From a candidate division WOR-3 bacterium (lineage in GTDB: Bacteria; Hydrothermota; Tepidihabitantia; Tepidihabitantales; Tepidihabitantaceae), in contig CBFGKH010000004.1 of NCBI GenBank assembly GCA_965649295.1, forward strand, positions 150,168 to 196,019: a DNA stretch of 45,852 nucleotides, given 5' to 3'. Shown here one piece after another: positions 20,044 through 30,485 of the stretch (its first letter is position 1; each line of letters begins with the position of its first letter). A program made the position numbers and the translations under genes. The notes beneath the pieces were generated by a model. It did not search any database. It had not been told where the DNA came from and saw only the letters and a list, made by a program, of their open reading frames with translations.

Positions 20044-21132
20044 GTGCGTCTTCTCCTTGATGCCTCCGTACACGTAGGAAAGAAGGGCGGTATCCCCATC
20101 TACGTCGAGAACGTCGTGGCTGAACTCGCAAGTCTCTGCGATCTCACACTGCTCACATCTGTGCCAGAAGCCTTCTCCAACACTAAGTGTACAATCATAG
20201 AGATTCCCAGCTGGACTCGCCGACCGCGGGGCCGTGTCTTTTGGGAAATGACATACCTTCCCCAATTCTGCTCCAGACGCTACGACGCACTTTTCTGCCC
20301 AACACCCATTGCGCCCCTGACCCAAACGATTCCAGTGGTTAGTGTCGTGCATGATCTGACGCCGCTGGTCATGCCCAATATGTTCGATAGCAGAACGAAA
20401 GCGCTTTTCTGGTTCTCGATCCAGACGCTTCGACGCGCGAGTGTCGTACTGACTGACTCCAACTGGACTCGCAATATGTTCCTTAAGACAAAAATACAAC
20501 CACCACAGCGAGTCGTGGTCGCTTACCCGGGTATTCAGAGACTCCCGTTGCAAGCGGATGGAAGTTTCGCTGCCAGATTCAAACCCTATTTGCTCTATCT
20601 CGGCAGCCACAACCCTCAGAAGAATCTTCCGCGACTGATTGCAGCATTCGCCCGGCTGCGGCCAGTCAGCTCGCTGCGCCTTCTGATCGCCGGCAGCGAC
20701 ACTGCTCAGCATGTGGCCATCACACGGGAGGCCATAGTACGTTTGGGGATGGACGGTCGTATCATCTTGCTCACCGAACACTTGAAACCCACTGAAATCA
20801 GCGACCTCTATCAAAACTGCCTTGCCTTTGTACATCCTTCGCTCAACGAAGGATTCGGATTGCCTCTCCTCGAAGCGCTGACGTACGGCATTCCAGTAGC
20901 CTGCAGCAACCGCACCAGTCTGCCAGAAGTTGCCGGCCGTGCCGCCATATTCTTCGATCCGACATCAGTCGCGGACATTGCCAGTAAACTCTTCCGTTTG
21001 ATAACTGACGAAACCCTTCGCGCCCGCCTGTCCCGGGCTGGTCCGGAACAGGCCCAGCGATTCCGATGGCACGACACCGCCAAGACCATTTTGTCTGCCG
21101 CTCGTTTGGCCTGTAGTAGGTCGCTTTGTTGA
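20044..21132 (+). CDS. family 4 (GT-B) glycosyltransferase
   Basis: VHDL.P, KNL.RLI.AF, PS..EGFGLP.LEA, SLPEV; GTG start giving MRLLLDAS preferred over ATG 19999. Confidence 0.88.
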   Translation: MRLLLDASVHVGKKGGIPIYVENVVAELASLCDLTLLTSVPEAFSNTKCTIIEIPSWTRRPRGRVFWEMTYLPQFCSRRYDALFCPTPIAPLTQTIPVVSVVHDLTPLVMPNMFDSRTKALFWFSIQTLRRASVVLTDSNWTRNMFLKTKIQPPQRVVVAYPGIQRLPLQADGSFAARFKPYLLYLGSHNPQKNLPRLIAAFARLRPVSSLRLLIAGSDTAQHVAITREAIVRLGMDGRIILLTEHLKPTEISDLYQNCLAFVHPSLNEGFGLPLLEALTYGIPVACSNRTSLPEVAGRAAIFFDPTSVADIASKLFRLITDETLRARLSRAGPEQAQRFRWHDTAKTILSAARLACSRSLC

Positions 21133-22563
21133 CCCGGCTAATCCCGGAACTGATTCGACTGTCTCAAAGGGGCGCTGCAAACGTACAACACTGATCCCTA
21201 ACCCAATGATTAAGCCGAAGATCATTGAAGCAGGACGGGACCAAGTGAAGCAATCCCACAGACCATGTGCAAGGTACGTCAGCATCCCAGCGCTTAGCGA
21301 CATGCCTAGGGCCCGGCTTTCCCCGCCCTGGCGTACCGCCCGATCAAGACTAACCATGGTTACGACGATCAAAGTAACTAACACCGTTGAACCAACTATG
21401 CCAAGTCCGGCTAAGCCTTCCAGGAACAGGTTGTGCGTACCGTAACGAGAAGAAGTAGCCGCCGAGAACGGGTAGCCATAGAAGTGTTTTACTATGCCGA
21501 AGTTGTCAATGCCAACACCAAACAGCCAGTTATCCGCGAATACGCGGAGGGCGTATCGCCACAACGATAATCGGCCAAGAAAGGATGGATCGGCAACGCT
21601 GGTTTCTGCGGCTCGCACTGCAACGATGTTCCGAAACAAGTCGGAGAGAAGTAGCAAAAGGCCAAAAACTGCTGTTCCAAGAATTGTTGTCAACGAACGC
21701 GTACGCACAACAAAATACAAAACGGCCAATCCGAATCCAAGCCACGCCCCACGCGACTTCGTCATTAACAGCACCGCAAACAACCCGAGGCCAATCGCTA
21801 TCAGCAAGAACCTCCGCCCCAAGCTTCGATTGGGCGCGATTACATCTCCAACTACGATAGCCAGCGTAACTGCTACGATTGTCGCATACGCATTCAAGTT
21901 CTGTATCCCAAACGGAGTCTCTAGTCTCTTGCCCCCAAGCGCACCACCTTCACCAGTCGGAGTGGGCAGAAATGGAATTGCCAACGCCGCCACCGCCATT
22001 GAGAGGACTAACACGGTGACCAGGACCCTCACCTGCGCCAGTGATCTTGGTATCTTGGCCAAGAAGTAAGTAACGGCCACGGATTGAATGAAAAAAGCTG
22101 TCTGTGCATAGAGGTGACGAGACCCGAAGCCAACCAATTTGGCATGAACTGTAGAGACAACACATGAACACACAACAAGAAATAGCAACGTACCGAGGTG
22201 TTTTGGCAGTGGGGGGCGACGGGTACTGTTCGCTACCGCCAAACGACATGCTATGGCCGAAAATGTAAGCAGACCAACCGTCATCGGGTAGTACACATAC
22301 ATTTCGTACTGGTACGGCACAAGAACTAGGGTCGTCAGCGGATAGACAGCTACGAAAAACACGAGCATCCTGAAATCGTCCTCGACCGATAGAGCGACGA
22401 TGAGCACTTGCCATGGCAGTAGCAGTAACGCGGCGGCAAGCGGCGCCCTGCCAACCGCCATCAATCCCAAGAACCCAAGCACAAGTGCCAACTCAACAAC
22501 CAAGAACAGCCACAGCGGTTTACGCAGAGGCAAACCGGCGTCAGACGGTTTACGCAGCAACAC
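20965..22563 (-). CDS. O-antigen ligase / Wzy polymerase family protein
   Basis: Polytopic; TKSRGAWLG, R..LW......FGVG..NF, HNLFL, HG.WD; start uncertain (22563 or 22599). Confidence 0.85.
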   Translation of the reverse strand: MLLRKPSDAGLPLRKPLWLFLVVELALVLGFLGLMAVGRAPLAAALLLLPWQVLIVALSVEDDFRMLVFFVAVYPLTTLVLVPYQYEMYVYYPMTVGLLTFSAIACRLAVANSTRRPPLPKHLGTLLFLVVCSCVVSTVHAKLVGFGSRHLYAQTAFFIQSVAVTYFLAKIPRSLAQVRVLVTVLVLSMAVAALAIPFLPTPTGEGGALGGKRLETPFGIQNLNAYATIVAVTLAIVVGDVIAPNRSLGRRFLLIAIGLGLFAVLLMTKSRGAWLGFGLAVLYFVVRTRSLTTILGTAVFGLLLLLSDLFRNIVAVRAAETSVADPSFLGRLSLWRYALRVFADNWLFGVGIDNFGIVKHFYGYPFSAATSSRYGTHNLFLEGLAGLGIVGSTVLVTLIVVTMVSLDRAVRQGGESRALGMSLSAGMLTYLAHGLWDCFTWSRPASMIFGLIIGLGISVVRLQRPFETVESVPGLAGSTKRPTTGQTSGRQNGLGGVVPSESLGLFRTSPGQAGAKGFVSYQTEEFTGNVRD

Positions 22564-24043
22564 GTTTGATGAGTAAGCTACGGAACAACCGCAGGTCATC
22601 AGCTGTCACAGAACGGGTCGCCCAGAGAACTGCAACGGTGACCACAGCACCTGTGATAGAGGCCAAGACAATCGACTTGGTCATGAGAACGCGGATAGCA
22701 CCAGCACCGAGCAACGCCGCAATAGTGGTGCCTGATAGACTGCGAAGCACCGGGAACAGCGATATCCGACAGACGGTATGTCGCTGGCGTTCAAGTAGAT
22801 AGACCATACCAGCCAGCTCAGCCAAGGCGAAAGCAATCGCCACGCCCATCTCCGCATATCGTGGGATCAAAAGGAAGTTTGCTATGAGATTAACGCCAAA
22901 GGAAATCATGGCCTGAACGGTGAGGCCTTTCTCCTGGTCAACCGCTACCAAGTAATTGCCAAGAATCGCACTGACGCCAACGCAGGCGAACCATCCGAAA
23001 AGCACACGTAACACGGGAACTGAAGCAATGTAGTCTTTGCCATACAGTAGCTTCACAATTGGCTGCGCGAGCTGGACGCCGAAAACGGCCACAGGGACAA
23101 CCATCAAGACAACAATCCGTAGCGAAAAAGCTAAGACTTTGCTCAGTTGTCGCTGGTCGTCAACAAAAAGCCGCGACATCAAAGGATAGAGCGCGCCGCC
23201 GAATGCCACAAGGGCCGCGGCAAGTGCAAGCACCAGTCGAAGCGGAGCGCTATACAGGCCGACGTGCCGATCGCCGTGCAATCTAGCTAACACAGCTGTA
23301 CCATTCCAATAGTAAAGAGTCACTAGTATCGATGCCAAACCGAGCGGTGCTGACGTTCGCAAAAGTCGAATCCACTCTGCCAGACGAAATCGCAGATGAA
23401 TCCGGACCCGACACTTAGCAACCAGTGCCGCTGCCGTGGCAACTGATACAAGACCGGCGACAGCATAGAGCCACGCATACAGCTGGGCGGTAGCAGTGGT
23501 TCTCACTGTTAACAGGACGCCAGCAACAAGTACGAACCCCTGGACCAGTCGAGCAATTCCAGTCAAGTGCATACGTTCGTAACCTTGGAACACAGCCCCA
23601 AAGTAGCTGGTGAACGCGGATTCAAATACGAAGATGCAACAGATCATCACAACCGCTAGCCGCTGAGGCTCATACCCGATAACTTTGGCTGCCGCAAAGA
23701 CCAAAACAATCACAGCCAGCGACGCCACGAGCTTTATGGCCACCGAGTTGCTGACGTAGTATTCAGCGACCGATGAGTCACGAGCGATCTCTCGTGCGGT
23801 AACTGCGCCAAGTCCTAAGTCAGTCAGCAAAGCGAACATAGTCACGAACGCCAACGCAAAGGAAAGTGTACCAAACTCGCTAACCCCCAGATGACGCGCC
23901 GCAACCATGTAGAAGAGAACCATAAGCAGCCGGTTGACCACATCGGCGGCGAAAAGGAACATTGTGTTGCCGGCCACGCGCCGTGCCGCCGAGGGATAGC
24001 CAAGATAGCGCCGATGGTCGTCGCGTGATTCGTTACGAAGCAC
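22550..24043 (-). CDS. wzx: Wzx flippase
   Basis: ARHLG..EFG, DLGL....REIAR, VGLYSA, LIPRY..MG; about 12-14 TM; start uncertain. Confidence 0.85.
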   Translation of the reverse strand: MLRNESRDDHRRYLGYPSAARRVAGNTMFLFAADVVNRLLMVLFYMVAARHLGVSEFGTLSFALAFVTMFALLTDLGLGAVTAREIARDSSVAEYYVSNSVAIKLVASLAVIVLVFAAAKVIGYEPQRLAVVMICCIFVFESAFTSYFGAVFQGYERMHLTGIARLVQGFVLVAGVLLTVRTTATAQLYAWLYAVAGLVSVATAAALVAKCRVRIHLRFRLAEWIRLLRTSAPLGLASILVTLYYWNGTAVLARLHGDRHVGLYSAPLRLVLALAAALVAFGGALYPLMSRLFVDDQRQLSKVLAFSLRIVVLMVVPVAVFGVQLAQPIVKLLYGKDYIASVPVLRVLFGWFACVGVSAILGNYLVAVDQEKGLTVQAMISFGVNLIANFLLIPRYAEMGVAIAFALAELAGMVYLLERQRHTVCRISLFPVLRSLSGTTIAALLGAGAIRVLMTKSIVLASITGAVVTVAVLWATRSVTADDLRLFRSLLIKRVAA

Positions 24044-25247
24044 GGCGACGACGGAGCGATTGACTGATAGAGGCCAGTTGGCTGCGGACCGCATTCCAAT
24101 CTTCGTACGCAGCCGGTTGTGTTGTTTTCAAGCTTGCGAAGTACTCGCCGATGAACGCAACCGCAATGCCAATAAACAGACTAAACACTAGCACAGAAAC
24201 AACGATAATCGTCCTCTTTGGAAAACTCCTGCGTTCTGGAGGAACGGCATAGTCGAGGACCGTAAGTATCGGTGTGTCCCGCGCTTCGAGGATTCGGGCG
24301 TACTCGTACTGCTGATAGAGAGTGGCATATGACTCTTCTTGAACACGCAGACTAAGGAAGAGTTTGGCAAACTCTGCCGCCACAGCGGGTAGCTTGTCAA
24401 ACGAAACTCCAAACCCGATTCCGAATCCCCCTGAGGACCCACCACGCTCAATCTTGTTCAACTCATCACGCAAACCCGCTACCTCCTGAACAAGAGTCAG
24501 TGTGTAGGGATTGGCATCACTTGTAACGGAGCGAGCGGCCTCCAGTTCGGCCTCTCGAGCAATAAGCTGCGATTTTAGCCTCGCGTAGGCATCGATCGCA
24601 ACACGGGTTTCATCATCAACAGCAGCAACGCCATGCGCCTGCTGGAACCGTTTCAATGTTTCTCGCGCGGCCCAAAGGCTACTCTCTGCCTGAGCAAGCC
24701 GGTGCTCAACAAAAATCCTTAGGTTTCTTCCACGACTGATGTTAGAGTACCTTAGGAAACTGTCGAGCTCTGCCACGTAGGTATTAGCTATGTCAGCGGC
24801 AAGCGTCCTGCTCTTTGCCTCAACGGAGATCCGCACCACACCATCATCACCAACCGAGATGCGGGTCATCTCACGCAACTGCAGTACTGCTTTTTCCGGC
24901 GACGGGCGTCGTATCCGGTAGTAGAAGGAGATACTGCAACGCTCGGCGACCCTCTCCATAACTGACCGGCTACTGAGAATAGCGCGCATGATATCCGAAG
25001 GAGTTGCGACTCCAGCGAGTCCCGACCGCAACTTGCTCAGCCCTGAACTTAGCCCACCGCCAAGCACAGCCGACAGACCAAAGACATCGTTTTCGTCAGA
25101 CGGAGGAAGAAGCTGCGCCGTGGCGGTATACCTCGGTGGCAAAATCAAGCTAGCAATAACAGCTAGCGCCGTCATCACAACTGCGTTCCAGACGATAAGG
25201 CGACGCCACCGTAGTAGTACACCCAAGTACTTCGCGAGTTTGCTCAC
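24033..25247 (-). CDS. Wzz/GumC-type chain-length determinant
   Basis: N-terminal TM, Y.ATAQLLPP, coiled coil, VLDYAVPPERRSFPKR, C-terminal TM. Confidence 0.85.
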   Translation of the reverse strand: MSKLAKYLGVLLRWRRLIVWNAVVMTALAVIASLILPPRYTATAQLLPPSDENDVFGLSAVLGGGLSSGLSKLRSGLAGVATPSDIMRAILSSRSVMERVAERCSISFYYRIRRPSPEKAVLQLREMTRISVGDDGVVRISVEAKSRTLAADIANTYVAELDSFLRYSNISRGRNLRIFVEHRLAQAESSLWAARETLKRFQQAHGVAAVDDETRVAIDAYARLKSQLIAREAELEAARSVTSDANPYTLTLVQEVAGLRDELNKIERGGSSGGFGIGFGVSFDKLPAVAAEFAKLFLSLRVQEESYATLYQQYEYARILEARDTPILTVLDYAVPPERRSFPKRTIIVVSVLVFSLFIGIAVAFIGEYFASLKTTQPAAYEDWNAVRSQLASISQSLRRRRAS

Positions 25248-25253
25248 GCCCGA

Positions 25254-25281
25254 AGTCTAGGCGAAGGCGCACCGAAGTCAA
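25254..25281 (-). promoter_or_regulatory. promoter of wzz-wzx-wzy (leaderless, GTG)
   Basis: TTGACT-16 bp-TAGACT, 6 nt before GTG. Confidence 0.7.
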
Positions 25282-25311
25282 TGCCTTTAGGCCCCACCTG
25301 CTAGGCCAGAA

Positions 25312-25339
25312 TTGACTCTAACGGCACCGCCGCTATCCT
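25312..25339 (+). promoter_or_regulatory. promoter of heptose operon
   Basis: TTGACT-16 bp-TATCCT, 8 nt before ATG 25348. Confidence 0.7.
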
Positions 25340-25347
25340 CAGCCTGC

Positions 25348-26367
25348 ATGTTGATCCGAGCACGGGCGCCACTGCGTATTAGCTTCGCCGGCGGCGGCAC
25401 TGACGTCTGGCCTTATTACAAGCATAAGTCAGGAGCCGTGCTCTCAGCAACAATCAATCGTTATGCCTTTGCCAACATCACCCCCCGTCAGGATAACGTC
25501 GTCGCTGTACGGAGCCTCGACTACGACCTCACCGTCCGCTTTGAGCTCGACCAGCCGATGGCCTACGATGGCCAACTCGACCTGGCAAAGGGCGTGATAA
25601 ACCATTTCCGCAACACCGGTTCGATGACCGCTGGCGCCGACGTTGACCTTCATAACGATGCCCCGCCCGGCTCTGGCCTCGGTTCGAGCTCCGCTCTCAC
25701 CGTTGCCCTCATTCAGGCAATCGCCGAGCATCTGCGCGTGCCGATGGACCGCTACACGCTGGCCGAAACCGCCTACACGGTTGAACGTGTCGAGGTTGGC
25801 ATCAAGGGTGGCCGACAGGACCAGTTTGCCTGCGCCTTCGGCGGCATCAACTTCATCGAGTTCACCAAAGACGCAACGCTGGTCAATCCTCTCCGCATCA
25901 AACCCGAGTTGATTGCTGAGCTAGAATATTCGCTCCTTTTTGCCTACATCGGCGGTGCGCACCTGTCATCGCAGATTATTGACCGCCAGATGCAGAACTA
26001 CCAGTCCGGCGCCGTCGAACGCGTCGCCGCATTCGATGCTCTCCGCGACCTGGCCTATGAAACCAAGAACGCCCTGCTTCTTGGCAAACTTGGCCGTTTT
26101 GGCGAACTACTCGATGCCGCTTGGCAACAGAAACGCCGGCTCACCGACGAAATCAGCAATCCGCGCATTGACGAAATCTACGAACAGGCTCGCAAGGCCG
26201 GCGCCCTCGGCGGCAAACTCTCCGGCGCCGGCGGCGGTGGTTTCATGTTCTTCTTCTGCGAACCGCGTCGCCGCTTCCACGTCCAGCAGCGGCTTACCAC
26301 GATGGGTGCGGAGATTACCAACTTCTCGTTCACCAATGAAGGTGTCATATCGTGGACCATCGACTAG
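25348..26367 (+). CDS. hddA: D-glycero-alpha-D-manno-heptose-7-phosphate kinase (GHMP)
   Basis: RAPLRISFAGGGTD, PPGSGLGSSS, GGRQDQ, GGKLSGAGGGG. Confidence 0.9.
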   Translation: MLIRARAPLRISFAGGGTDVWPYYKHKSGAVLSATINRYAFANITPRQDNVVAVRSLDYDLTVRFELDQPMAYDGQLDLAKGVINHFRNTGSMTAGADVDLHNDAPPGSGLGSSSALTVALIQAIAEHLRVPMDRYTLAETAYTVERVEVGIKGGRQDQFACAFGGINFIEFTKDATLVNPLRIKPELIAELEYSLLFAYIGGAHLSSQIIDRQMQNYQSGAVERVAAFDALRDLAYETKNALLLGKLGRFGELLDAAWQQKRRLTDEISNPRIDEIYEQARKAGALGGKLSGAGGGGFMFFFCEPRRRFHVQQRLTTMGAEITNFSFTNEGVISWTID

Positions 26368-26933
26368 CTCGTCGCATCACCAGTCAGTCATTCGCTGATC
26401 TCGCCGAATTGCTACCAAGAACACTTGCGGCTACTGAACAACCGATACTAGCTACTACCAGTATCATCTGTCGAGCCCTGCGGCTCGGCCGCAAAGTGAT
26501 GTTCTGTGGCAACGGTGGCTCGGCTGCTGATGCCCAGCATCTGGCGGCCGAGCTCGTCGGCAAACTCTATCGGCAACGACGGGCACTACCTGCTCTAGCC
26601 CTAACTACTGACACCTCGGTTCTAACATCGGTCGGTAACGACATCTCTTTCGACGAAATCTTCTCCCGCCAGGTTGAGGCTTTGGGCCGGCCAGGCGACG
26701 TCCTGGTCTGCCTCTCGACCAGCGGCAGGTCAGCCAACATCCTGACGGCTGCTCGCACTGCACAGCGCCAGGGCATCAAAGTCGTGGCCTTGGTCGGAGA
26801 ATACCCTCGCCGGTTCCGTGGCCTAGCCGACGCAATCATCTCGGTTCCGTCTGTCGACACCCCAAGAATTCAGGAACTCCACGCCCTAATTGGCCACATC
26901 ATCTGTCAGCTCGTCGAAATCGACCTAGCCTAA
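26352..26933 (+). CDS. gmhA: phosphoheptose isomerase
   Basis: CGNGGSAADAQHLAAE, NDISFDEIFSRQVEA, STSGRS.N, PRIQELH. Confidence 0.95.
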   Translation: MDHRLARRITSQSFADLAELLPRTLAATEQPILATTSIICRALRLGRKVMFCGNGGSAADAQHLAAELVGKLYRQRRALPALALTTDTSVLTSVGNDISFDEIFSRQVEALGRPGDVLVCLSTSGRSANILTAARTAQRQGIKVVALVGEYPRRFRGLADAIISVPSVDTPRIQELHALIGHIICQLVEIDLA

Positions 26934-28111
26934 TGCAGGCGGTCATCCTTGTCGGCGGCCGCGGTACCCGCCTTGGGCAGTTGGGCAAAGACACGCCCAA
27001 GCCGCTCCTGCCAGTAGCGAACAGACCTTTTCTCGCTTGGCTGATTAGTAATCTCGAACGTTTTGGCGTTGACGAAATACTACTGCTGGCCGGTCATCAG
27101 GGCCAACAGGTTGCTGACTTCGCCTCAAGCTGGAGCGGCCGTGCCCGCATTCTCTGCTTAGTTGAAACCGAGCCGCTCGGTACTGCTGGCGCCCTTCGCA
27201 ATGCCGCCAACGCACTTGATGCTGAGTTCTTTTTCCTCAACGGTGATTCCCTGTTTGATATCAACATCCTTGACCTGGCAATCAATGTTCCACCAACTGC
27301 TCTCGCTGGGCTGGCCCTACGCGCAGTCCCAGACGCCGGACGCTATGGCACTGTCACCGTCGAGAACGGTATCGTCATCGGCTTTGCCGAAAAAGAAAAG
27401 ACCGGTCCTGGGCTAATCTACGGCGGCGTCAGCCTGCTTCGCCGCGGTATTCTGTCACTGCTGCCCGAGCGTGGCTCAATCGAGCGCGAGGTCTTCCCGC
27501 AAATGCTCGATGGCCGCTTGGTTGCTTGCGAGTATCGCTCATTCTTTATCGATATTGGCCTCCCCGCTGACTATGCCCGCGCCCAAGAGGCGCTGCCTGC
27601 ACACTTCCGTCGCCCGGCCGTCTTTCTCGACCGTGACGGGGTCATCAACGAGGATACTGGCTACGTCCACCGTCCCGAGCAATTCCGCTGGCTGCCAGAA
27701 GCTATCCCGACAATCAAACAACTGAACGACCTCGGTTTCCTAGTCATCGTTATCACCAACCAAGCAGGCATTGCTCGGGGCTTGTATGGCGCGGCTGACG
27801 TCAACCGACTGCACAACTGGCTGAATGACCAACTGCGACAGCGGGGCGCACACATTGACGCCTTCTACTTCTGCCCGCATCACCCGGAGTTCACCGGGCC
27901 CTGCACCTGTCGTAAACCTGAACCCGGACTCATCCTCCAAGCTGCCCGTGACTGGAACGTTGACTTGGAACGAAGCATTGGCTGCGGTGACAAACCGACT
28001 GACAGCCAGGCCTGGCTCAAGGCAGGTGTGAAAACTTCCGTCTCATCTCTTGACGAGCTGTTGCAGTACGTTCGGAGGCAAGTTGCTAATCCGCAGCAAC
28101 TGGATATCTGA
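26933..28111 (+). CDS. fused heptose-1-P guanylyltransferase (HddC) / heptose bisphosphate phosphatase (GmhB)
   Basis: N-half: ILVGGRGTRL..PKPL, EPLGTAGA, NGDS, FIDIG.P; C-half: FLDRDGVIN, TNQAG, CPH..C.CRKP.PG, GD..D. Confidence 0.88.
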   Translation: MQAVILVGGRGTRLGQLGKDTPKPLLPVANRPFLAWLISNLERFGVDEILLLAGHQGQQVADFASSWSGRARILCLVETEPLGTAGALRNAANALDAEFFFLNGDSLFDINILDLAINVPPTALAGLALRAVPDAGRYGTVTVENGIVIGFAEKEKTGPGLIYGGVSLLRRGILSLLPERGSIEREVFPQMLDGRLVACEYRSFFIDIGLPADYARAQEALPAHFRRPAVFLDRDGVINEDTGYVHRPEQFRWLPEAIPTIKQLNDLGFLVIVITNQAGIARGLYGAADVNRLHNWLNDQLRQRGAHIDAFYFCPHHPEFTGPCTCRKPEPGLILQAARDWNVDLERSIGCGDKPTDSQAWLKAGVKTSVSSLDELLQYVRRQVANPQQLDI

Positions 28112-28125
28112 GACATCATAGAACC

Positions 28126-29256
28126 ATGCGGCTTGCTGTAGAACTCGGAGTAGCCGGAACAATTCGCGCCGGTATCGCCCGTTACATCGAATCAATGCTT
28201 CAGCGTCTAGTTCGAATCAGACCGAATTGGCAGATTGTGTTGTACTCACCGCACCGAACACTACCCGTTTCGATTGAGAAGGCGCGAGTGCGTATTGATT
28301 CATCTTTCACGAGCAAGTTCGGCCAAGCTTGGCTGCACTTCAGATTGCCCCTAATGCTACGCCAAGACGGAGCAGACGTCGTTTGGTGTCAGAATCACTT
28401 TGTACCGCGACGTGCCGACAACACAGGTGTGCGCGTTGTCACGATACACGACCTAACTGCACTCGTACTTCCTCGATCCATGCCCGTCAGAACCCGAGTG
28501 TGGGCTGGTAAAGCCCTACGGCGGGCTGCCGCTCTAGCAGACGCAGTCGTGGCCGACTCGGAAGCGACGGCAAGGCTTATCAAACGGTTGCTTGTGCCGC
28601 GAAGTTCGTCGGTGACTGTCGTGTATCCTACTCTACCCGAGCCCTTTCGCCCGACCTCAGCGACAACGGACACATTGGATCAAAGCCGAAAGCTGACCAA
28701 GCGCTCTCCTTTTCTACTGTTTGTCGGTACCGTCGAGCCGCGGAAAGGCGTTGACCTACTACTAACTGCGCTGGAGATGAGGCCCGACCTTCCGCCACTT
28801 ATACTCGTTGGCAACGATGGCTGGCGTTCACAAGCAATATGTGTCCGAGCAGAGCGACTGGCGGCAATCGGCCGCGTCCAAAGAATCAAGAATGCAGATG
28901 ACAACACTCTCCGCGAACTCTACCGGAACGCCCTGCTTCTCATCTGTCCTTCAATCTACGAAGGTTTTGGTCTGCCTGTGCTGGAGGCAATGTCAGCTGG
29001 CTGCCCAGTGTTGTGCAGCTGGTCGTCAAGTCTGCCTGAGGTCGGTGGTTCAGCCGCTCGCTACTTCAAGGTCGGCTCGATCGATGACCTTCTTCGCCAA
29101 CTGGACAGTATCCTGAACGACAGTAAGGAACTAGAACGAATGGCGGTATCCGGCATGGCGCGCGCCAGACTGTTCGACTGCGACAGTGCGGCTGAGAAAC
29201 TCGCCAGAGTATTTGAAGCCGCAGCAACACACGCCAAGCCAACTAAATGGTCATGA
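28126..29256 (+). CDS. family 4 glycosyltransferase
   Basis: TIHDL, VGTVEPRKG, PSIYEGFGLPVLEAM, SLPEVGG. Confidence 0.9.
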   Translation: MRLAVELGVAGTIRAGIARYIESMLQRLVRIRPNWQIVLYSPHRTLPVSIEKARVRIDSSFTSKFGQAWLHFRLPLMLRQDGADVVWCQNHFVPRRADNTGVRVVTIHDLTALVLPRSMPVRTRVWAGKALRRAAALADAVVADSEATARLIKRLLVPRSSSVTVVYPTLPEPFRPTSATTDTLDQSRKLTKRSPFLLFVGTVEPRKGVDLLLTALEMRPDLPPLILVGNDGWRSQAICVRAERLAAIGRVQRIKNADDNTLRELYRNALLLICPSIYEGFGLPVLEAMSAGCPVLCSWSSSLPEVGGSAARYFKVGSIDDLLRQLDSILNDSKELERMAVSGMARARLFDCDSAAEKLARVFEAAATHAKPTKWS

Positions 29257-30485
29257 GAATACTTGAAATCACCCAAAATATCCCCTATCCGCCCACTGAC
29301 GGCGGTCGCATCGGTGTCTATAGAATCGCTCACGAACTACGCAAGCTAGGTCACGAGATCGCGTTTGTCTTCCCGCGCCAGATTGGAGAAGACATCCCTC
29401 CTGCGTTTGCGGCCGAATTCCGGACATGGTCAGTGACCGGACAGTTGATGACGACGTTACCATCCCTCGTCAAGAATCTGTTCACGCCAGTTCCCTACGT
29501 TTATGCCAAGAATAGACCCCGCGGACTGGCAGCCATAACCATTGCCGCTGCCAGAGAGTTCTGTCCAGATATCATCCACACCGACTTTCTGCACACCGCT
29601 CCCTTTGGCCTAGCTGCTGCTCGGGAGCTAGATGTCCCTGTGCTGCTACGGTGCCACAATGTTGACTCAACATTGATGGCAAGATTACGCAAGACGCTCC
29701 GTAACCCACTCAAACGACTTTGGGCGGACATCCAGGTCCATCGTCTTATCAACTATGAAACCCAGTTTGTTCCTCGTTTCGACCGAGTGGTGGCCGTGAC
29801 CAAAGTTGACGCTGCCCGACTAAGTGAACTGGCCGGTGGTCTTGCGGTGGACTCAATTCCGGCAGGCGTAGATACGGATTCCTTTCGTCCGACGGACCCT
29901 GCCGAAGAAGACCCAGACATGATTGTCTCGGTGGCGTTGATGAAATGGCTACCGAACGTCGTCAGCACCGAGTGGTTACTGGACCATGTGATGCCCAAAG
30001 TGCGCCACGAGCATCCAGCCGCTAAGCTATACATTGTAGGGAAAGACCCACCTGAATCGATCAAGAGTCGCCATGACGGCGAGAGTATTGTGGTTACGGG
30101 ATTCGTCGAGGACGTACGTCCGCTCATCGAGCGGGCAGCGGTTTTCGCAGTTCCCACGCAGGTCGGCAGTGGCATCCGGATCAAGATACTGGAAGCACTG
30201 GCCATGGGCAAAGCGGTTGTCTCGACTGCTGTCGGCTGCGAAGGAATCGATGGACTGAGGCAAAACGAAAACATCGTCATTGCTGACACTCCGGACGACT
30301 TCGCACGAGCGCTAGTGCGTTTGATGCGGTCACCGACCGAGCGTCATTCCTTGGGAAGAGCTGGCCGTGAGCTCGTAACCGCCAACTACGACTGGACAGC
30401 CATTGCACGACGGTTTGAGGCGCTGTACGAAGAGCTAATCCGCAACCACCCTAGAAAACGTAACACACCAATACGTAATGGTTAG
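29253..30485 (+). CDS. family 4 glycosyltransferase
   Basis: PYPPTDGG, HNVDS, GSGIRIKILEALAMG..VVST..G.EG; ATGA overlap with the previous gene. Confidence 0.9.
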   Translation: MRILEITQNIPYPPTDGGRIGVYRIAHELRKLGHEIAFVFPRQIGEDIPPAFAAEFRTWSVTGQLMTTLPSLVKNLFTPVPYVYAKNRPRGLAAITIAAAREFCPDIIHTDFLHTAPFGLAAARELDVPVLLRCHNVDSTLMARLRKTLRNPLKRLWADIQVHRLINYETQFVPRFDRVVAVTKVDAARLSELAGGLAVDSIPAGVDTDSFRPTDPAEEDPDMIVSVALMKWLPNVVSTEWLLDHVMPKVRHEHPAAKLYIVGKDPPESIKSRHDGESIVVTGFVEDVRPLIERAAVFAVPTQVGSGIRIKILEALAMGKAVVSTAVGCEGIDGLRQNENIVIADTPDDFARALVRLMRSPTERHSLGRAGRELVTANYDWTAIARRFEALYEELIRNHPRKRNTPIRNG

